A stretch of DNA of 64,000 nucleotides from Eledone cirrhosa (GCA_964016885.1 OZ024743.1:77004001-77068000); one strand, 5' to 3'. Shown: positions 11,642 through 24,259, numbered from the stretch's first letter. Translations and numbers: made by a program. Notes: generated by a model from the letters alone, not told the origin.

Positions 11642-13204
11642 TGTCTATTATATATATTAATTATAATGGAGCTTGGGCAAGATTTTTTATTTCTAGTTTT
11701 TTTCTTAATTTTATTTATCTTTGTAGAAACATATTAGTGGAATAAACTGTTTTAATGCTTCATCTTTGTTATTTGTATATTATTGTTAATGTCCTCTCTA
11801 CCCCCACATTTACACAGCTTGTTGAATTTACTTGGGATTTTAACTCAGAAGGTAAAGGGCCGTAACTCTGTGCCACAAAGCATTTTTCCCGATGCTCTAC
11901 CAATACTGCCAAACCACAAGCTAACATTTCGACAAAGATTAAACCTATTCTTTCTTCTGTTTACTTCTACACAGTTAACAAACTAGACAATGAATTCAGG
12001 ACACACTGGCACCACCAAAATACTCTTTTATTGAGTTATACAGTTTTTAAGAGCAAAGTTATTTGGCAGCAACTTTTAGAGAACTTTACTAAGTACATTA
12101 CCCCACCTCTAGCAATTTAAGGTATCTTAATATTTCTAACAAAACAAGTTAAAAACAACAAGAAATAATATTAGTGAAGTTAAGCAGAAGTTTTTAAGCT
12201 AAAGAAATACTTTAAGCCGCAGAATAGCTTAGTAAATTGTAAATCCTAATCCTTGGGTAGACTTACTAATAGGTGAGTTTTAGTACAATGATTCTACCAC
12301 AGGAGGTCTTTTGTCTGGAATTACGAAACCACAAGACCTCCTGTGGTGGAACTATTACAGTCAATGACATATTATCATATAAGAAACATAATGAAGTGTT
12401 AACTTCTACAGAAAACAACAAGATTGAAAGTTTTTACATCAAGTCTGGTTTAGAGAAATTAAAACCAAAGAAAAATGTTTTGAAGATGGGAAAAGAAAAA
12501 ATAATCATTTCACACTATATTTTGTGTTCAAATTAAGAAAAAACTCATTTCCAACATAGAGACAAGACCAAGAATTGGGAAGCAAGGGTTAGTGAAATCA
12601 ACCCCTAATATATGACTGATATTTCATAAATTACTGAAGGGTGAAAGGCAAAGTTGACTTTGGCAAGATTGGAACTCAAATTGTAAAGAGCTGAAACAAA
12701 TATGACAAGGTATTTTATCCAATGTTCTAACAATTCTGCCAATTTACCATCTTTCTGGTGGTTTCTAATTTAGAGGGAGTGTAAAGTTGATTAAACCAAC
12801 CCCAGATGAGTGAAAGGAAAAGTTGACCATGGTGGGATTTGAACTCAGAATATAAAGAATGGTGTGGTATGGTCCCATAATTTATGAGGGTTGTGAGGGC
12901 AGAGTCCTCAAACACTCCTTCCAGCGGGTCCTGTCAGACGGTTGTGAGGGCAATCTTCAAACACTCCTTCCAGCGGGTCCTGTCAGAAGCAACCGTTTCC
13001 AATTGATCCGGCTGAATCCCTAAGTAAGACCAGCCAAGCTCATGGAGGTTATTCAACCACCTTGCTCAGCGTCTACCCCTGGCCTCCTGTTGTACAGTTC
13101 CATTGAAAAATAAAATGACATAGCAGAAGTTGAAGTTTCTATAAAGTTATTCCCCTTAAATGGCTTTAAAAAAAATAAACAATAGGAAAATTATTTCAAA
13201 AGAA

Positions 13205-13397
13205 TCTCTTTACATATAAAATTCTTTGTGTCTGTCTGTTCCTATACATTCTCAAACGGCTGGACAAAATCAAATTTTTTTTTTAATAAAATATAGATAT
13301 TTTGAAATAATTATGAGAAAAAAAACACACCTTCATATTTATTGTTTACTATAAGAAGAACAGCGGTAACCCAGGCAACGCCGGGTAATTCAGCTAG
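13205..13397 (+). mobile_element. Short non-autonomous Helitron (family H2)
   Basis: Starts A|TCTCTTTACATATAAAA...TGTCTGTCTG; ends with GC hairpin ACCCAGGCAACGCCGGGT then AATTCAGCTAG|T, the canonical Helitron termini. Confidence 0.75.
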
Positions 13398-13636
13398 TAT
13401 TTTATATATCTAAAGCAATGATACCTATTCAGAATGTTTCTAACACTACTCTATGAGGAATGGACCTCCATTGGTTTCCAACTGTTCAATCCAAGGGACA
13501 GCCTACTCATGAAATTAACATGTAAGTGGCTGAGCATTCCACAGACACGATTCAGTGTAACACAGGGTACAACAAGGCTGAGGTTTTGAATTATATGAAC
13601 AGTCCATTTAATAGGCTTTCAAATAGTTTCTGTCTA

Positions 13637-13846
13637 CTCTCGAGCCCAAAATAATAGAGGGGGGGGGGTGAATAAGCAATAATTTTCTAGGTTGTCTCCA
13701 TTTGATATTTATAAAAACCAGAATTAGTTAATTAGTTTACATATTGAGACCCCAACCCATCCTATTTATTTTATAATATATGGGATTTCTAGTAATGTAC
13801 TTTTTTTTTGCCATGTACAATGTTTTTTAGTGTCTAAAGAAAATTT
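13637..13846. mobile_element. pogo/Tigger-like MITE, partial copy (empty Helitron site)
   Basis: TA|CTCTCGAGCCCAAAATAA; body homologous to 8841-9030 joined to 9604 onward. Confidence 0.65.
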
Positions 13847-13854
13847 CAATCAAC

Positions 13855-14364
13855 AAACATGGGATGGCCATGGCTGGAGTGTCTTTGATAAATAAACAGA
13901 GATGGCCATGGCTGGAGTGTCTTTGATCAATAAACAGAGATGGCCATGGCTGGAGTGTCTTTGATCAATAAATATGGGATGGTCATGGCTGGAGTGTCTT
14001 TGATCAATAAACATGGGATGGTCATGGCTGGAGTGTCTTTGATCAATAAATATGGGATGGTCATGGCTGGAGTGTCTTTGATCAATAAACATGGGATGGT
14101 CATGGCTGGAGTGTCTTTGATCAATAAATATGGGATGGTCATGGCTGGAGTGTCTTTGATCAATAAACATGGGATGATCATGGTTGGAGTGTCTTTGATC
14201 AATAAACATGGGATGATCATGGTTGGAGTGTCTTTGATCAATAAAGATGGGATGGACATGGCTGGAGTGTCTTTGATCAATAAAGATGGGATGGACATGG
14301 CTGGAGTGTCTTTGATCAATAACCATGGGATGGTCATGGCTGGAGTGTCTTTGATCAATAAACA
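13855..14364. repeat. 39-bp minisatellite, about 13 copies
   Basis: Unit AAACATGGGATGGTCATGGCTGGAGTGTCTTTGATCAAT. Confidence 0.97.
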
Positions 14365-14385
14365 TACTCAGGAAGAAATACTTAC

Positions 14386-14571
14386 CCCCATTCTGAATCC
14401 TCTTTTTTCAACATGTCCAAAACAGCTAAAATGAGGGACTGCATGAGTGGGTCCTTGACATCAATAGGACGGATATCTGCGGTAGGTTGAGTAATGAGGG
14501 TAGCCAAACAGTTGTGGACCACCATACAGGTGTAGTGACCCAGGGTCCAATCACAACTTGACAACAAAAGA
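14386..14571 (-). CDS. ATXN10: Ataxin-10 exon 5 (LLLSSCDWTLGHYTCMVVHNCL...AVLDMLKKEDSEWG)
   Basis: Acceptor TGTGTTGCAG|, donor GG|GTAAGT, 186 nt, phase 2/2. Y..M and SEW match ATXN10 AYSSMILF...PESEWP. Confidence 0.9.
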
Positions 14572-14757
14572 CTGCAACACAACAAAAGGTAATAACAACA
14601 AATATCATCATCATCATCATGGTCCCTTAACCCTTTTCAGGATCGTTTGGGGCACTGTAGTGTTGAAAGCTGCACCAACTGCCTCCATCTCTGGAGCCAG
14701 TTGACTTCTATTGTGAGAGAGCAATCACATGACACTTATGCGAACTATACTCGACTG

Positions 14758-15068
14758 TGTATATAGAATAATGTAAATGTTATGTGAGATATTATGTGAG
14801 GTAAAGCCTTTACTGTGAAAATACAATAGTGTATATAGAATAATGTAAATGTTGTGTGAGATATTATGTGAGGTAAAGCCTTTACTGTGAAAATACAATA
14901 GTATATATAGAGTAATGTAAATGTTATGCGAGATATTATGTGAGGTAAAGGCTTTACTGTGAAAATACAATAGTATATATAGAGTAATGTAAATGTTATG
15001 CGAGATATTATGTGAGGTAAAGCCTTTACTGTGAAAATACAATTGTATATATAGAGTAATGTAAATGC
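14758..15068. repeat. 72-bp minisatellite, about 4.3 copies, ending at a piggyBac-like TIR plus TTAA
   Basis: Period 72; terminates in GTAAATGCTAAAGGG|TTAA. Confidence 0.93.
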
Positions 15069-15406
15069 TAAAGGGTTAAGAAGTTGATTTAAGAAGCATT
15101 GGGGAAAATTTGAGTAAAGAAATGTAGTTGTCCCAACACAAATGACTATAGAAATACTTGATCACTATAAATAATAGTTGAGAAAATCAAGTAAAATACA
15201 CCTAGAGATGGGGGAACAGAAGCACACCTGATAGGTCTTAATTTAAGTAGAAATCCTTTAAAATGGGTGGGTTTGTTACACATGACCAGACTAGAGCTGG
15301 TTTGGGGGTTAGGGTGGTATCAAAAGGTTCTAGATTTCACACAGGAAATCAGTATAAGTTCCAGTTTTAGAAAATATGTTAAATACATTCATAAAATAAA
15401 AAATAC

Positions 15407-15468
<62 letters not shown>

Positions 15469-15771
15469 AGCCTCTAATATCAAAGGTTTGACCTCTTCAG
15501 AAATGAAAAGCCTAAAAAACATTAAAGGGATCGCTAAATGGGTTACACCCTCCAGTAAACTGCAAAGCTGTTTCCCCTGACAGCAAACTGAGAAAATATC
15601 TCAATAAACCATTAGAACAAAGACTCCCTCCACATCAAAGAATAATTAACTAAAAATAACAGGTAAATAGTTCCAATCTTTGATTACTTAAACCAAGAAT
15701 GTATTTGAAATGAGAATAATAAAAATGGTTTCTATATGTTTTTTTTTTATTATTAAAAAAAAACTGTTTAA

Positions 15772-15991
15772 CCTTTTAGTTACCAACCTGGCTAAACCAG
15801 CTCTGGTTCTATAAAATAAAACCACCCATTTTAAAGGTTTCCAATTTAAATTAAAATCTTCCAACATAATTTTATATAAGAACCAAGTTATTATCTTAGT
15901 AATGAAATAATAATTTTAGTAAACCCCTCAAAATTCTTCATTAGTGAATTAAAATAGAGTGTACTTCATTAGAAATGTGGTAATGAAAGGA
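15772..15991. mobile_element. piggyBac-like MITE (family P2)
   Basis: TTAA-flanked with CC(C)TTT...AAAGG termini; homologous to about 16870-17094, 28550-28746 and 44811-45946. Confidence 0.65.
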
Positions 15992-17227
15992 TTAAAAACA
16001 TTGTCAATAATGAAAAACGCAAAGTAGTTGTGTAGGTGACACAAAAGCACCCGTGTCCACACTGTATAGTGGTTGTGTAGGTGTCACAACAAAAAGCACC
16101 CAACACATTGTAAAGTGGTCGAGTAGCTGTCCCAACTAAAAGCACCCAGTCCACACTGTAAATGTGGTTGGTGTTAGGAAGGGCATTCAGCCATAGAAAC
16201 CAAACCAAAATCAGTTCTGTATGTGCAAGACACGGTCATCTGACCTGGCTTGCTCATACAGGACAACTTGTCTAACCCTCGCTAGCATGGAAAAATGGAC
16301 ATTAATGCTGATGATGATGATGATAAATGCTGTTATGGAATCTGCATTCCTAGGTTTGTTGCACTAAACTTTATTAAAAAGAGTGCAATGATAATCTACA
16401 GAAAATATTTTCTCAGCAACATAAACATTTCTCCCAAGTGGAATGAGTCAATTGAGTTTATATTATTAATACCATCCACCTACCTCTACCTTTGCTGAGA
16501 TCAGATCTAACTACCGACTGTTTTGTGCCTGAACTCTGCCCCAGCTGTCATCAACCCCGCAAGTTCACAACATATCTGCACCCATTTCATGTCAGCTATT
16601 CTCAAACCACTGTAGTCACCTTTCTTTCATTCTAGTAAAAGAAATTCCACTCATACCTAGCTCCCCCTACCTGCTACCCCACTCATACCTAGCTCCCCCA
16701 TCCTACCTAGCTCCCCACCCCACCTGCTACCCCACACATTTGTACTCAATCTGTTTGACAAAATATTAAAATATAAATCAAATAGAACTTGTTCCACCTT
16801 TTACTGTTATACAGAATATGTTTCTAATACAGACTTTCAACAGATAAAATACTTTTACTGCTAAATTGGTTTCAATCTTCAGTCAATGAAATACACTCTA
16901 TTTCAATTAATTAATGAAGAATTTGAGGGATTTACTAAAATCATTAATTATTTCATTACTAAGATAGTAACTTAACATATGGTTCTTATATAAATTTATG
17001 TTGGAAGATTATAGTTTAAATTGGAAACCTTTAAAATAGGTGGTTTTATTTCATAGATCCAGAGCTGGTTTTGGCCAGGTTGGTAACTAAAGGGTTAAAT
17101 AGGACACATTGGATAATGTGGCTTTGTATGCACATGTACCTAGAAACACAGAATGATATCAAACCTGCCCAAAACCATCTCTGGTTCAATGAAACAAAAC
17201 CAACCATTTGTAAGGGTCTTCTTCTTC

Positions 17228-17610
17228 GCCCACATATTCCTGAGAGGGTCTTGGAGGCAGATTCTTAAAACACTCCTTCCAGCGGATCCTTCAGAAGCAA
17301 CCATCCCCAATTGATCTGGCAGGATCCCCAAGTGAGACCAGCTAAGCTCATGGATGTTATCCAACCATCTTGCTCGAGATCTACCCCTGGGTCTCTTGCC
17401 AGTTGGTTTTACCCATAAAATCTGTCCAGCGATTCTTTCCTGAGACATTCTAACCACATGCCCGTAATATCAGAGCCGCTTATTCTCTGAATCTCCAGTC
17501 AGAGAATAAGCGGCTCTACCTGAAGTGATTCTGATGTCCGAGCTACACACTCTATCGAGTAATCGAAAGGCCCTTCGGATGAACTCCACTTCGGCCGCTT
17601 CTATTTGCGA
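17228..17610 (-). mobile_element. RTE-clade LINE 3' fragment (second family; also about 12890-13085, 34730-35065, 37125-37310)
   Basis: Translates GHVVRMSQERIAGQILWVKPTGKRPRGRSRARWLDNI. Confidence 0.8.
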
Positions 17611-18127
17611 ATATATTCAGGACCATAGTTTGAGAAAGTACCAGATTGGTGACTGGTGCAAATAAGACCACCAAAAACTGTAATCAGGTGAAATAATGAA
17701 TAATTAATAATTTTATTAAATCCTTCCAAATTATTCATTAATTAATTAAACTAGAGTGAACTTCATTAGAAATACTGTCACAAAAAGGTTAAAGTGTCTC
17801 TGATCTAAGGTCTGCTCTCTCATGACTAATCTGGGAGCTAAACAATTAAATAATATGTCAAAATACATGTGTGTGACAATTCCAAGGATTATTTTCACAC
17901 TGGGTATGTAAGTCATCATTGTCATTATTTTTACGCCTGTTTTTCCACACTTGCATGAGTTGGACAGGTCCTTCTCAGCATCTTCACCAACTTCCTTCAT
18001 CATCTCCTCTGTGAGTCTCAGCAATTCGTGGTCTCTCTGGTGGGGGTGTCACAAAAATGCATCCAGTATACCCTGTAAAGTGGCTGGCATTGGAAAGAGC
18101 ATCCAGCCATAGAACACTTGCCAAATA

Positions 18128-18315
18128 ATTGTTTATACTTTTGGCACAAGGCCAGCAATTACCCAGTACATTACTGGTACTTTATTTTATCGACCCCATA
18201 ACGATGAAAGGCAAAGTTAACCTGGAAGGGATTTGAACTCTGACCGTAAAGAGATGTAACTATGCTAGAAAGCATGGCGTCCGACCCTCTACCGATACTG
18301 CCAATCCACCGCCCT
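18128..18315 (-). mobile_element. tRNA-derived SINE family A
   Basis: Family consensus match. Confidence 0.85.
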
Positions 18316-18504
18316 AACAATGATCAAGAGTAAGATTACCTCCCTAGTGCTGATGTCATGATAAAACACACCCAGTACACTCTGTAAAGTGCTAGAATGT
18401 ACTGTAAATGGGTTGTGGACCCACCACGACCCCCGGCTCATCTGAGAAGTCAATAGCTATGACAACTTGTCTAACACATGCTAGCATGGAAAAGCAGATG
18501 TTAA

Positions 18505-19228
18505 ATGTTGACAATGGTGATGTTAACTGAATATAATGTTGACAATGGCGATGTTGACTGAATATAATGTTGACAATGGCGATGTTGACTGAATATAATG
18601 TTGACAATGGTGATGTTGACTGAATATAATGTTGACAATGGCGATGTTGACTGAATATAATGTTGACAATGGCGATGTTGACTGAATATAATGTTGACAA
18701 TGGTGATGTTGACTGAATATAATGTTGACAATGGTGATGTTGACTGAATATAATGTTGACAATGGTGATGTTGACTGAATATAATGTTGACAATGGTGAT
18801 GTTGACTGAATATGTTGGCTGATTATAATGTTGACAATGGTGATGTTGACTGATTATAATGTTGACAATGGTGATGTTGACTGAATATAATGTTGACAAT
18901 GGTGATATTGACTGAATATAATGTAGACAATGGTGATGTTGACTGAATATAATGTTGACAATGGTGATATTGCCTGAATATAATGTAGACAATGGTGATA
19001 TTGCCTGAATATAATGTAGACAATGGTGATATTGACTGAATATAATGTTGACAATGGTGATATTGACTGAATATAATGTAGACAATGGTGATGTTGACTG
19101 AATATACTGTTGACAATGGTGATGTTGACTGAATATACTGTTGACAATGGTGATGTTGACTGAATATAATGTTGACAATGGTGATATTGACTGAATATAA
19201 TGTAGACAATGGTGATGTTGACTGAATA
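18505..19228. repeat. 31-bp minisatellite, about 23 copies
   Basis: Unit GTTGACAATGGTGATGTTGACTGAATATAAT. Confidence 0.97.
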
Positions 19229-19253
19229 AGGTGGAGAAATATAAAATAATTAC

Positions 19254-19356
19254 GGAAAGTCAGGAGAGAAACTGCTCCAAACGAGTATTTGGTTGTCGTA
19301 GTTGTTCACCACAGCATTACCAATAAACTGGACAGCACAACACAGTTGGACTTCAG
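19254..19356 (-). CDS. ATXN10: Ataxin-10 exon 4 (AEVQLCCAVQFIGNAVVNNYDNQILVWSSFSPDF)
   Basis: Acceptor TTGTTTCAG|, donor |GTAATT, 103 nt, phase 1/2. C.VQFIGN....N.DNQ..VW matches ATXN10 CGLQFLGNIASRNEDSQSIVW. Confidence 0.92.
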
Positions 19357-19384
19357 CTGAAACAAAACATTCACAAAATTATTA

Positions 19385-19635
19385 TTGGTTTCTGATCTAG
19401 GCACAAGGCCAACGATTTTTTTTTTGGGGGGGGGGGGGATTAAATCGACCCCAGTGCATTACTGGTACTTTATTTTATAATAATATGATAATTGTTTCTA
19501 CTTTTGGCACAAGGCCAGCAATTATCCCAGTGTATTATTGGTGCTTTATTTTATTGACCCTATAAGGATGAAAGGCAAAGTTAACCTTGGCAGGATTTGA
19601 ACTCAGAACGTAAATGGCCATAACTCTATGCTGCA
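19385..19635 (-). mobile_element. Two truncated SINE family A copies
   Basis: Family consensus match. Confidence 0.75.
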
Positions 19636-19689
19636 TAATAACGCTCTATAATAATAACTGCATAATAACGCTCTATAATAATATAATAA

Positions 19690-19955
19690 TGAAAATTATT
19701 GTGTACAGTGCTCAGGTGCACTACAACTCATCAAATGTATAGTACATACAATAATGTAAAAATGTCAGGAAAGTGAATAGTGTACGAGTCATGATATACA
19801 TGTGTGTGTGTGTATGGAGGGGGAATATTAGGTATAGTGTTGGCGAATCTCAGGAAGCATGGAAGTTTTGAAGGATGCAGTATCCTGACAACTAACAACT
19901 GATGCAGGTAGTTTGTTCCATGCTTCAGCAACTCTGAGCATGAAAAAATGTTATT
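19690..19955 (-). mobile_element. CR1-type LINE 3' end (second copy about 32180-32385)
   Basis: Translates HFFMLRVAEAWNKLPASVVSCQDTASFK, the FF..RV...WN.LP motif. Confidence 0.7.
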
Positions 19956-20622
19956 GACACCGTAAGGATGAAAGAAAAAGTTAACCTTGGCAGGATTGAA
20001 CTGCCACAAAGCATGTTGTCCGAGACTCTACCAATTACTGCTAATCCACTGCTCTAAATTCATAAAATGATTATTAACATAACAAAATAAGAAAAACAAA
20101 ATACATAGTTTAATCTTTATTTAATGTCCCAGACTGCCATTTCTAGTATCCTCTAAATATTGATATTGTTATATTTTGGGGGGGTCATGCTGCCAATAAA
20201 AACATATGCACTTGTTGGGTTTCACATCAATTTATTATTATTACTAGTAGAAAAACCACCCTTTGGGTGGTTTTTCTGCTAGCATGTGTAGTGTGCATAT
20301 TGATTTTATACGCAAGTATACATCCATGTGGATATGATACATCAAATAAAATCGTAATTGACAATATACACAGAAATTGAACGAAGACTGTGTTACACTC
20401 TCTTATGTAATCAGTAACGTAATCCATGATATATTAAAAAAAGACAATATTATATATAAACTTCATTAGGAGATAATTAGTGACGGAAATATATGAATGT
20501 TTATTTAAGCGATCACTAACCGGAAGTGTTGACATTTGAAAATTTTAAAGAAATGAATCTTAAAATAAGCGACAAAATAATTTATATTTAATCAAGAATA
20601 ACGAAATTTAGTAGATAAATTA

Positions 20623-22339
20623 TACTGTGTAATAAAAACAATTTTTTTTCTCTGTTCCTGGCTTGTAATCACTTTTTTTGTGTTGCTTAGATCCCAAATA
20701 AATTAAAAAAAGTGCTATTAAACAGTTAAAAGTTGGGGCTTGTAAAAATTCTAAGCTATTCACTAGAATTATTCGTATTCTGGATTTTACGTTGTAAGTT
20801 TAATTTGCTTATGTTAAATGATTTTTTTATATATGTTTCAGGTTAAATTAAAATTATAAAATAAAGAGTAATACCTAAAGAAAATTATAAAAGTGCAATA
20901 AAGTATAAAATTGTTAAAAAGTGGATTAAAGAGATTTATTGATACTGGATTTTCGCACCCTGAATAAAGGGTAACTTGTGATGAAGCAGTGGAACTTGGT
21001 CAAGGAGGAAGAGCAGGTGACAAGTCAGGGAAGTCGACACGAACCTTTCTCAGGCTTTTACACTCTTAGGGATGGCCTCTGCTTCTGCCATGACGTGCCT
21101 GGACTGTTTGACGTTATTGGGGTGCTGTTGTGCCCAAGGAGTGGCGGCTATTTATAGACAGCTCCACCACAAGTTTGAAGGCTGTACTCTTCCACAATGG
21201 ACACAAGTTTCCGACACTGCCCCTAGCTAATTCCATCTGCCTGAAGGAAGATTGCTACAGTGGAAAAGTCCTCCTGGAAGCTCTGCAATACAACCAGTAC
21301 AATTGGGAAATCATTGGAGACTTCAAGAGGGTGGCTTTCCTGCTTGGACTCCAAGGAGGCTTTATCAAATTCCAATGCTTCCTCTGCCTTTGGGACAGCA
21401 GAGCCACCTCTGACCACTACAAAAGAAATAACTGGGAGCAGCGAACAGAATTTGTAGTTGTGACTCGGAACGTCATGTGGGAGCCACTGGTTGATCCCAG
21501 GATTGTGCTCATGCCGCCACTGCACATTAAGTTGGGGTTGATGAAGCAGTTTGTGAAGGCTCTCAACCAAGAATCAGCCGCTTTTAAGTACCTTCTTGAG
21601 TTCTTCCCCAAGTTATCTGAGGCCAAAATCAAAGGTGGAATTTTTGTTGGACCTCAGATAAAGAAGGTGTTTGAGTCTACCGAGTTCTCCAATAAGCTCA
21701 ATAGGATTGAGAGAACAGCATCGAACTGTTTCAAGGCAGTTGTTAAGGGCTTCCTGGGCAACTACAGAGCTGAAAACTACCAGCAACTGGTGCAGGATCT
21801 GATAAAGGCTTTTGGCGCCATGGGATGCAGGATGTCGCTTAAACTCCATATGCTGGACGCTCACCTGGAAAATTCAAGGACAATATGGGCGCCTACTCAG
21901 AAGAACAAGGCAAATGATTCCACTAAGATGTGAAAGAGATAGAGCAGAGGTACCAGGGCTACAACAATGAAAAAATGATGGGGGACTATATCTGGGGGCT
22001 AGTGTGGGAATGTGACCTGGACTACAACCGCAAATCCAGGAAATCCAGTCATTTCTGACGTGTATAAGTTGCTTTATAAGTGTCATTTGTTTTTACTTGT
22101 TTGCTTTTGATAAGCTTGTGTAATAAAATAAATATATACTCTGTTGATTTAATTATATGAACTGATTAATTTTTTTTAAATGTGTTTTTTCTTGAAAAAT
22201 ATGAAAATTTCGAAATATCAAACTCCTGAGCAGAAACCCAAACTTCTGATTAAATAATAGTGTTTTTTTATAATAATGGGATATAACAAACCATGAAATG
22301 ACACTTAGAACCGGGGAACAAAAAATATGTTACATGGTG
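20623..22339 (+). mobile_element. Chapaev3 (CMC superfamily)-like DNA transposon, internally deleted, nested in a Helitron
   Basis: TTA on both sides (20620-22 and 22340-42). Imperfect TIRs: TACTGTGTAA..TGTTCCTGG versus reverse-complemented right end CACCATGTAAC..TGTTCCCCGG. The host Helitron sequence rejoins exactly across the insertion. Confidence 0.8.
20975..22050 (+). pseudogene. Chapaev3-like transposase remnant
   Basis: Motifs WRLFIDSS..SLKAVL.HNG, CFLCLWDSR, PPLHIKLGLMKQFVKAL, FPKLSEAKIK.GIFVGPQI and GCRMSLKLH. After a frameshift: NMGAYSEEQGK*FH*DVKEIEQRYQG..MMGDYIW. Stops and frameshifts present and the N-terminus is missing. Confidence 0.85.
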
Positions 22340-22969
22340 TTATGTAATATTCATTCATTATTTATTCAAAGTAATCCAACTTATTTTATAAACGGCATAA
22401 AAAAATATATTCTGGACGCTGTCCCGCACTCCTTACTTTATTATAGTTTAGATTTCCCAGTCGGTTAGTTTAATAACCAAATGGTTGTTTAGTTGTTGAT
22501 TGTCACACATCTTGTGACCTCTTCAGTGACCACCTTTGTTGTTATTTTTGTTTCTCCTACATCATCTTGTTTTTGTGACACAAAATGTTTAAGTTTGTGT
22601 AAGTTAAGCACGGAGACAATTTTATGAACTCTTAACATCCTGTGCCACATGAAACCACATTAGCAAGACATTCTTAAAAACTACAAAACATTACTGTGAT
22701 TACATTAGTTTACTGCAAATTTACATAATGATCTGTACACTAGTAAAGGTACTATAAATAATTGAATTAACAAACCTGTTTTTAGATATTTTCTGCTCAA
22801 TAATTATAGAATATTAAAAGTTAAACAATATTTTACTATATAGTGTTTTCAGCGTTAAAACTAACTTGTTGAATTATTGGAAATGAAGAAAAAATTTATT
22901 TTGTCTCATAAATGAAATTTGTGTTAAAATTAATGGGTTTTTTTTTTCAAATTCTATGATATAGCTTAC

Positions 22970-23037
22970 CATCTTCACTTCCTTCTTTCAAGATCATTCG
23001 AATAAAATCTCGAGACAAAAGTAGAATTCGAGTGTTT
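22970..23037 (-). CDS. ATXN10: Ataxin-10 exon 3 (RNTRILLLSRDFIRMILKEGSED)
   Basis: Acceptor TTTTTCAG|, donor G|GTAAGC, 68 nt, phase 2/1; joins exons 2 and 4 in frame. Confidence 0.85.
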
Positions 23038-23513
23038 CTGAAAAATAAATAAATAAGAAGAATTGTTTTTTTTAAATATGCAAATTCTTGAATAAATGAT
23101 AAAATCAACTTCATCTTACATATCTTGAAATTCTAAGAAATGACAGTGAGTAGGCACCTCTTAACCAAATATACACCCCATCCTACAACCCCTACTCCAC
23201 CCTCCCACTCCAACCAACACCACCCTTTCTCTGTAAAGTTATGTTGGTACCACAACATCCAGTACAAAATAAATGATGATGTGTAGGTGTCACGACAAAA
23301 AAACACAGTCCACGCTGTAATGTGGTCGTGTAGGTAACATGGTAAAAACCTCCCAGTCCACACTGTAAATGTGGTTGGTGTTAGGAAGGGCATCCAGCCG
23401 TAGAAAACCTGCCAGATAGTCCTATACGAGCGAGACACGGTCACAAGACCAATCTTGCCTCAAGTGGGACAATTTCCGTCTAAACCCATGCTAGCGTGGA
23501 AGATAGATGTTAA

Positions 23514-23547
<34 letters not shown>

Positions 23548-23642
23548 CAGCAGAAACTATCAAAATAAGAATTGGATAACAAATTTCTCTTATTAAAAAT
23601 TAAGAATTATTAAAAATATAGACTGAGATTTGTTTTAATTAA

Positions 23643-23955
23643 CCCTTTAGCATTTACATCATTCTATATTTACTACTGTATTTTTGTGGTAAAGGCTTTA
23701 TTTTATATAATTATCTATGTAATATCAAATCTACGAGATTTTGATGTCATTTATTTTGAGAACAATACCTTAATATAGGTATGAGCAGCTAGTTACGGCT
23801 GGTTTGAACAGAAAGAGGTGAGAGAATTCTGGCCAGATACGGCTGGTTTAAATGCTAAAGGGTTAAAGTAGGTATGAGCAGCCAATTATGGCCAGTGTGA
23901 ACATAAGGAGGTGAGAGAATTCTGGCCGGATACGGCTGGTTTAAATGCTAAAGGG
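23643..23955. mobile_element. piggyBac-like MITE (family P1) with tandemly duplicated right end
   Basis: TTAA|CCCTTTAGCATTTA ... TAAATGCTAAAGGG|TTAA at 23862, repeated at 23955. Confidence 0.75.
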
Positions 23956-24217
23956 TTAAAGTAAAACATGGTTTTATCTCATTTATCTTGATTAGTAAAG
24001 TAGTTATGAGGATGTTAATACAGTGATCGATTGAACAAATCAATCATTAAGATCTGACCTCATTCACTTACTGAGAGGGTTGGAACTCATCAAATGAGAC
24101 CAAGGAAAAAATGTTTCCATAGGTTTTTCCATTGCTGATACTATCTACTGGCCATAACTCTGGCAAATTATATATATATATCATCATCATCATTTTACGT
24201 CCGCTTTTCCCTGCTTG

Positions 24218-24259
<42 letters not shown>

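Larger units (their letters stand above)
20244..22452 (-). mobile_element. Non-autonomous Helitron (family H1) carrying the Chapaev3 insertion
   Basis: On the minus strand: 5' TCTAAACTATAATAAAG, 3' hairpin AAAAACCACC..GGTGGTTTTT, then CTAG. Inserted between A and T; homologous to 9031-9603. Confidence 0.8.

Noticed and set aside
13850-14434. Long repetitive ORFs (also 18392-19209, 25336-26618, 37780-38327, 38814-39869)
   Set aside because: They are stop-free translations of tandem repeats in several frames and on both strands, with no splice or homology support.
22490-22535. Minus-strand CTGAAGA followed by a GTCACA/TGTGAC stem as another hammerhead
   Set aside because: No GAAA after helix II and no helix I or III.
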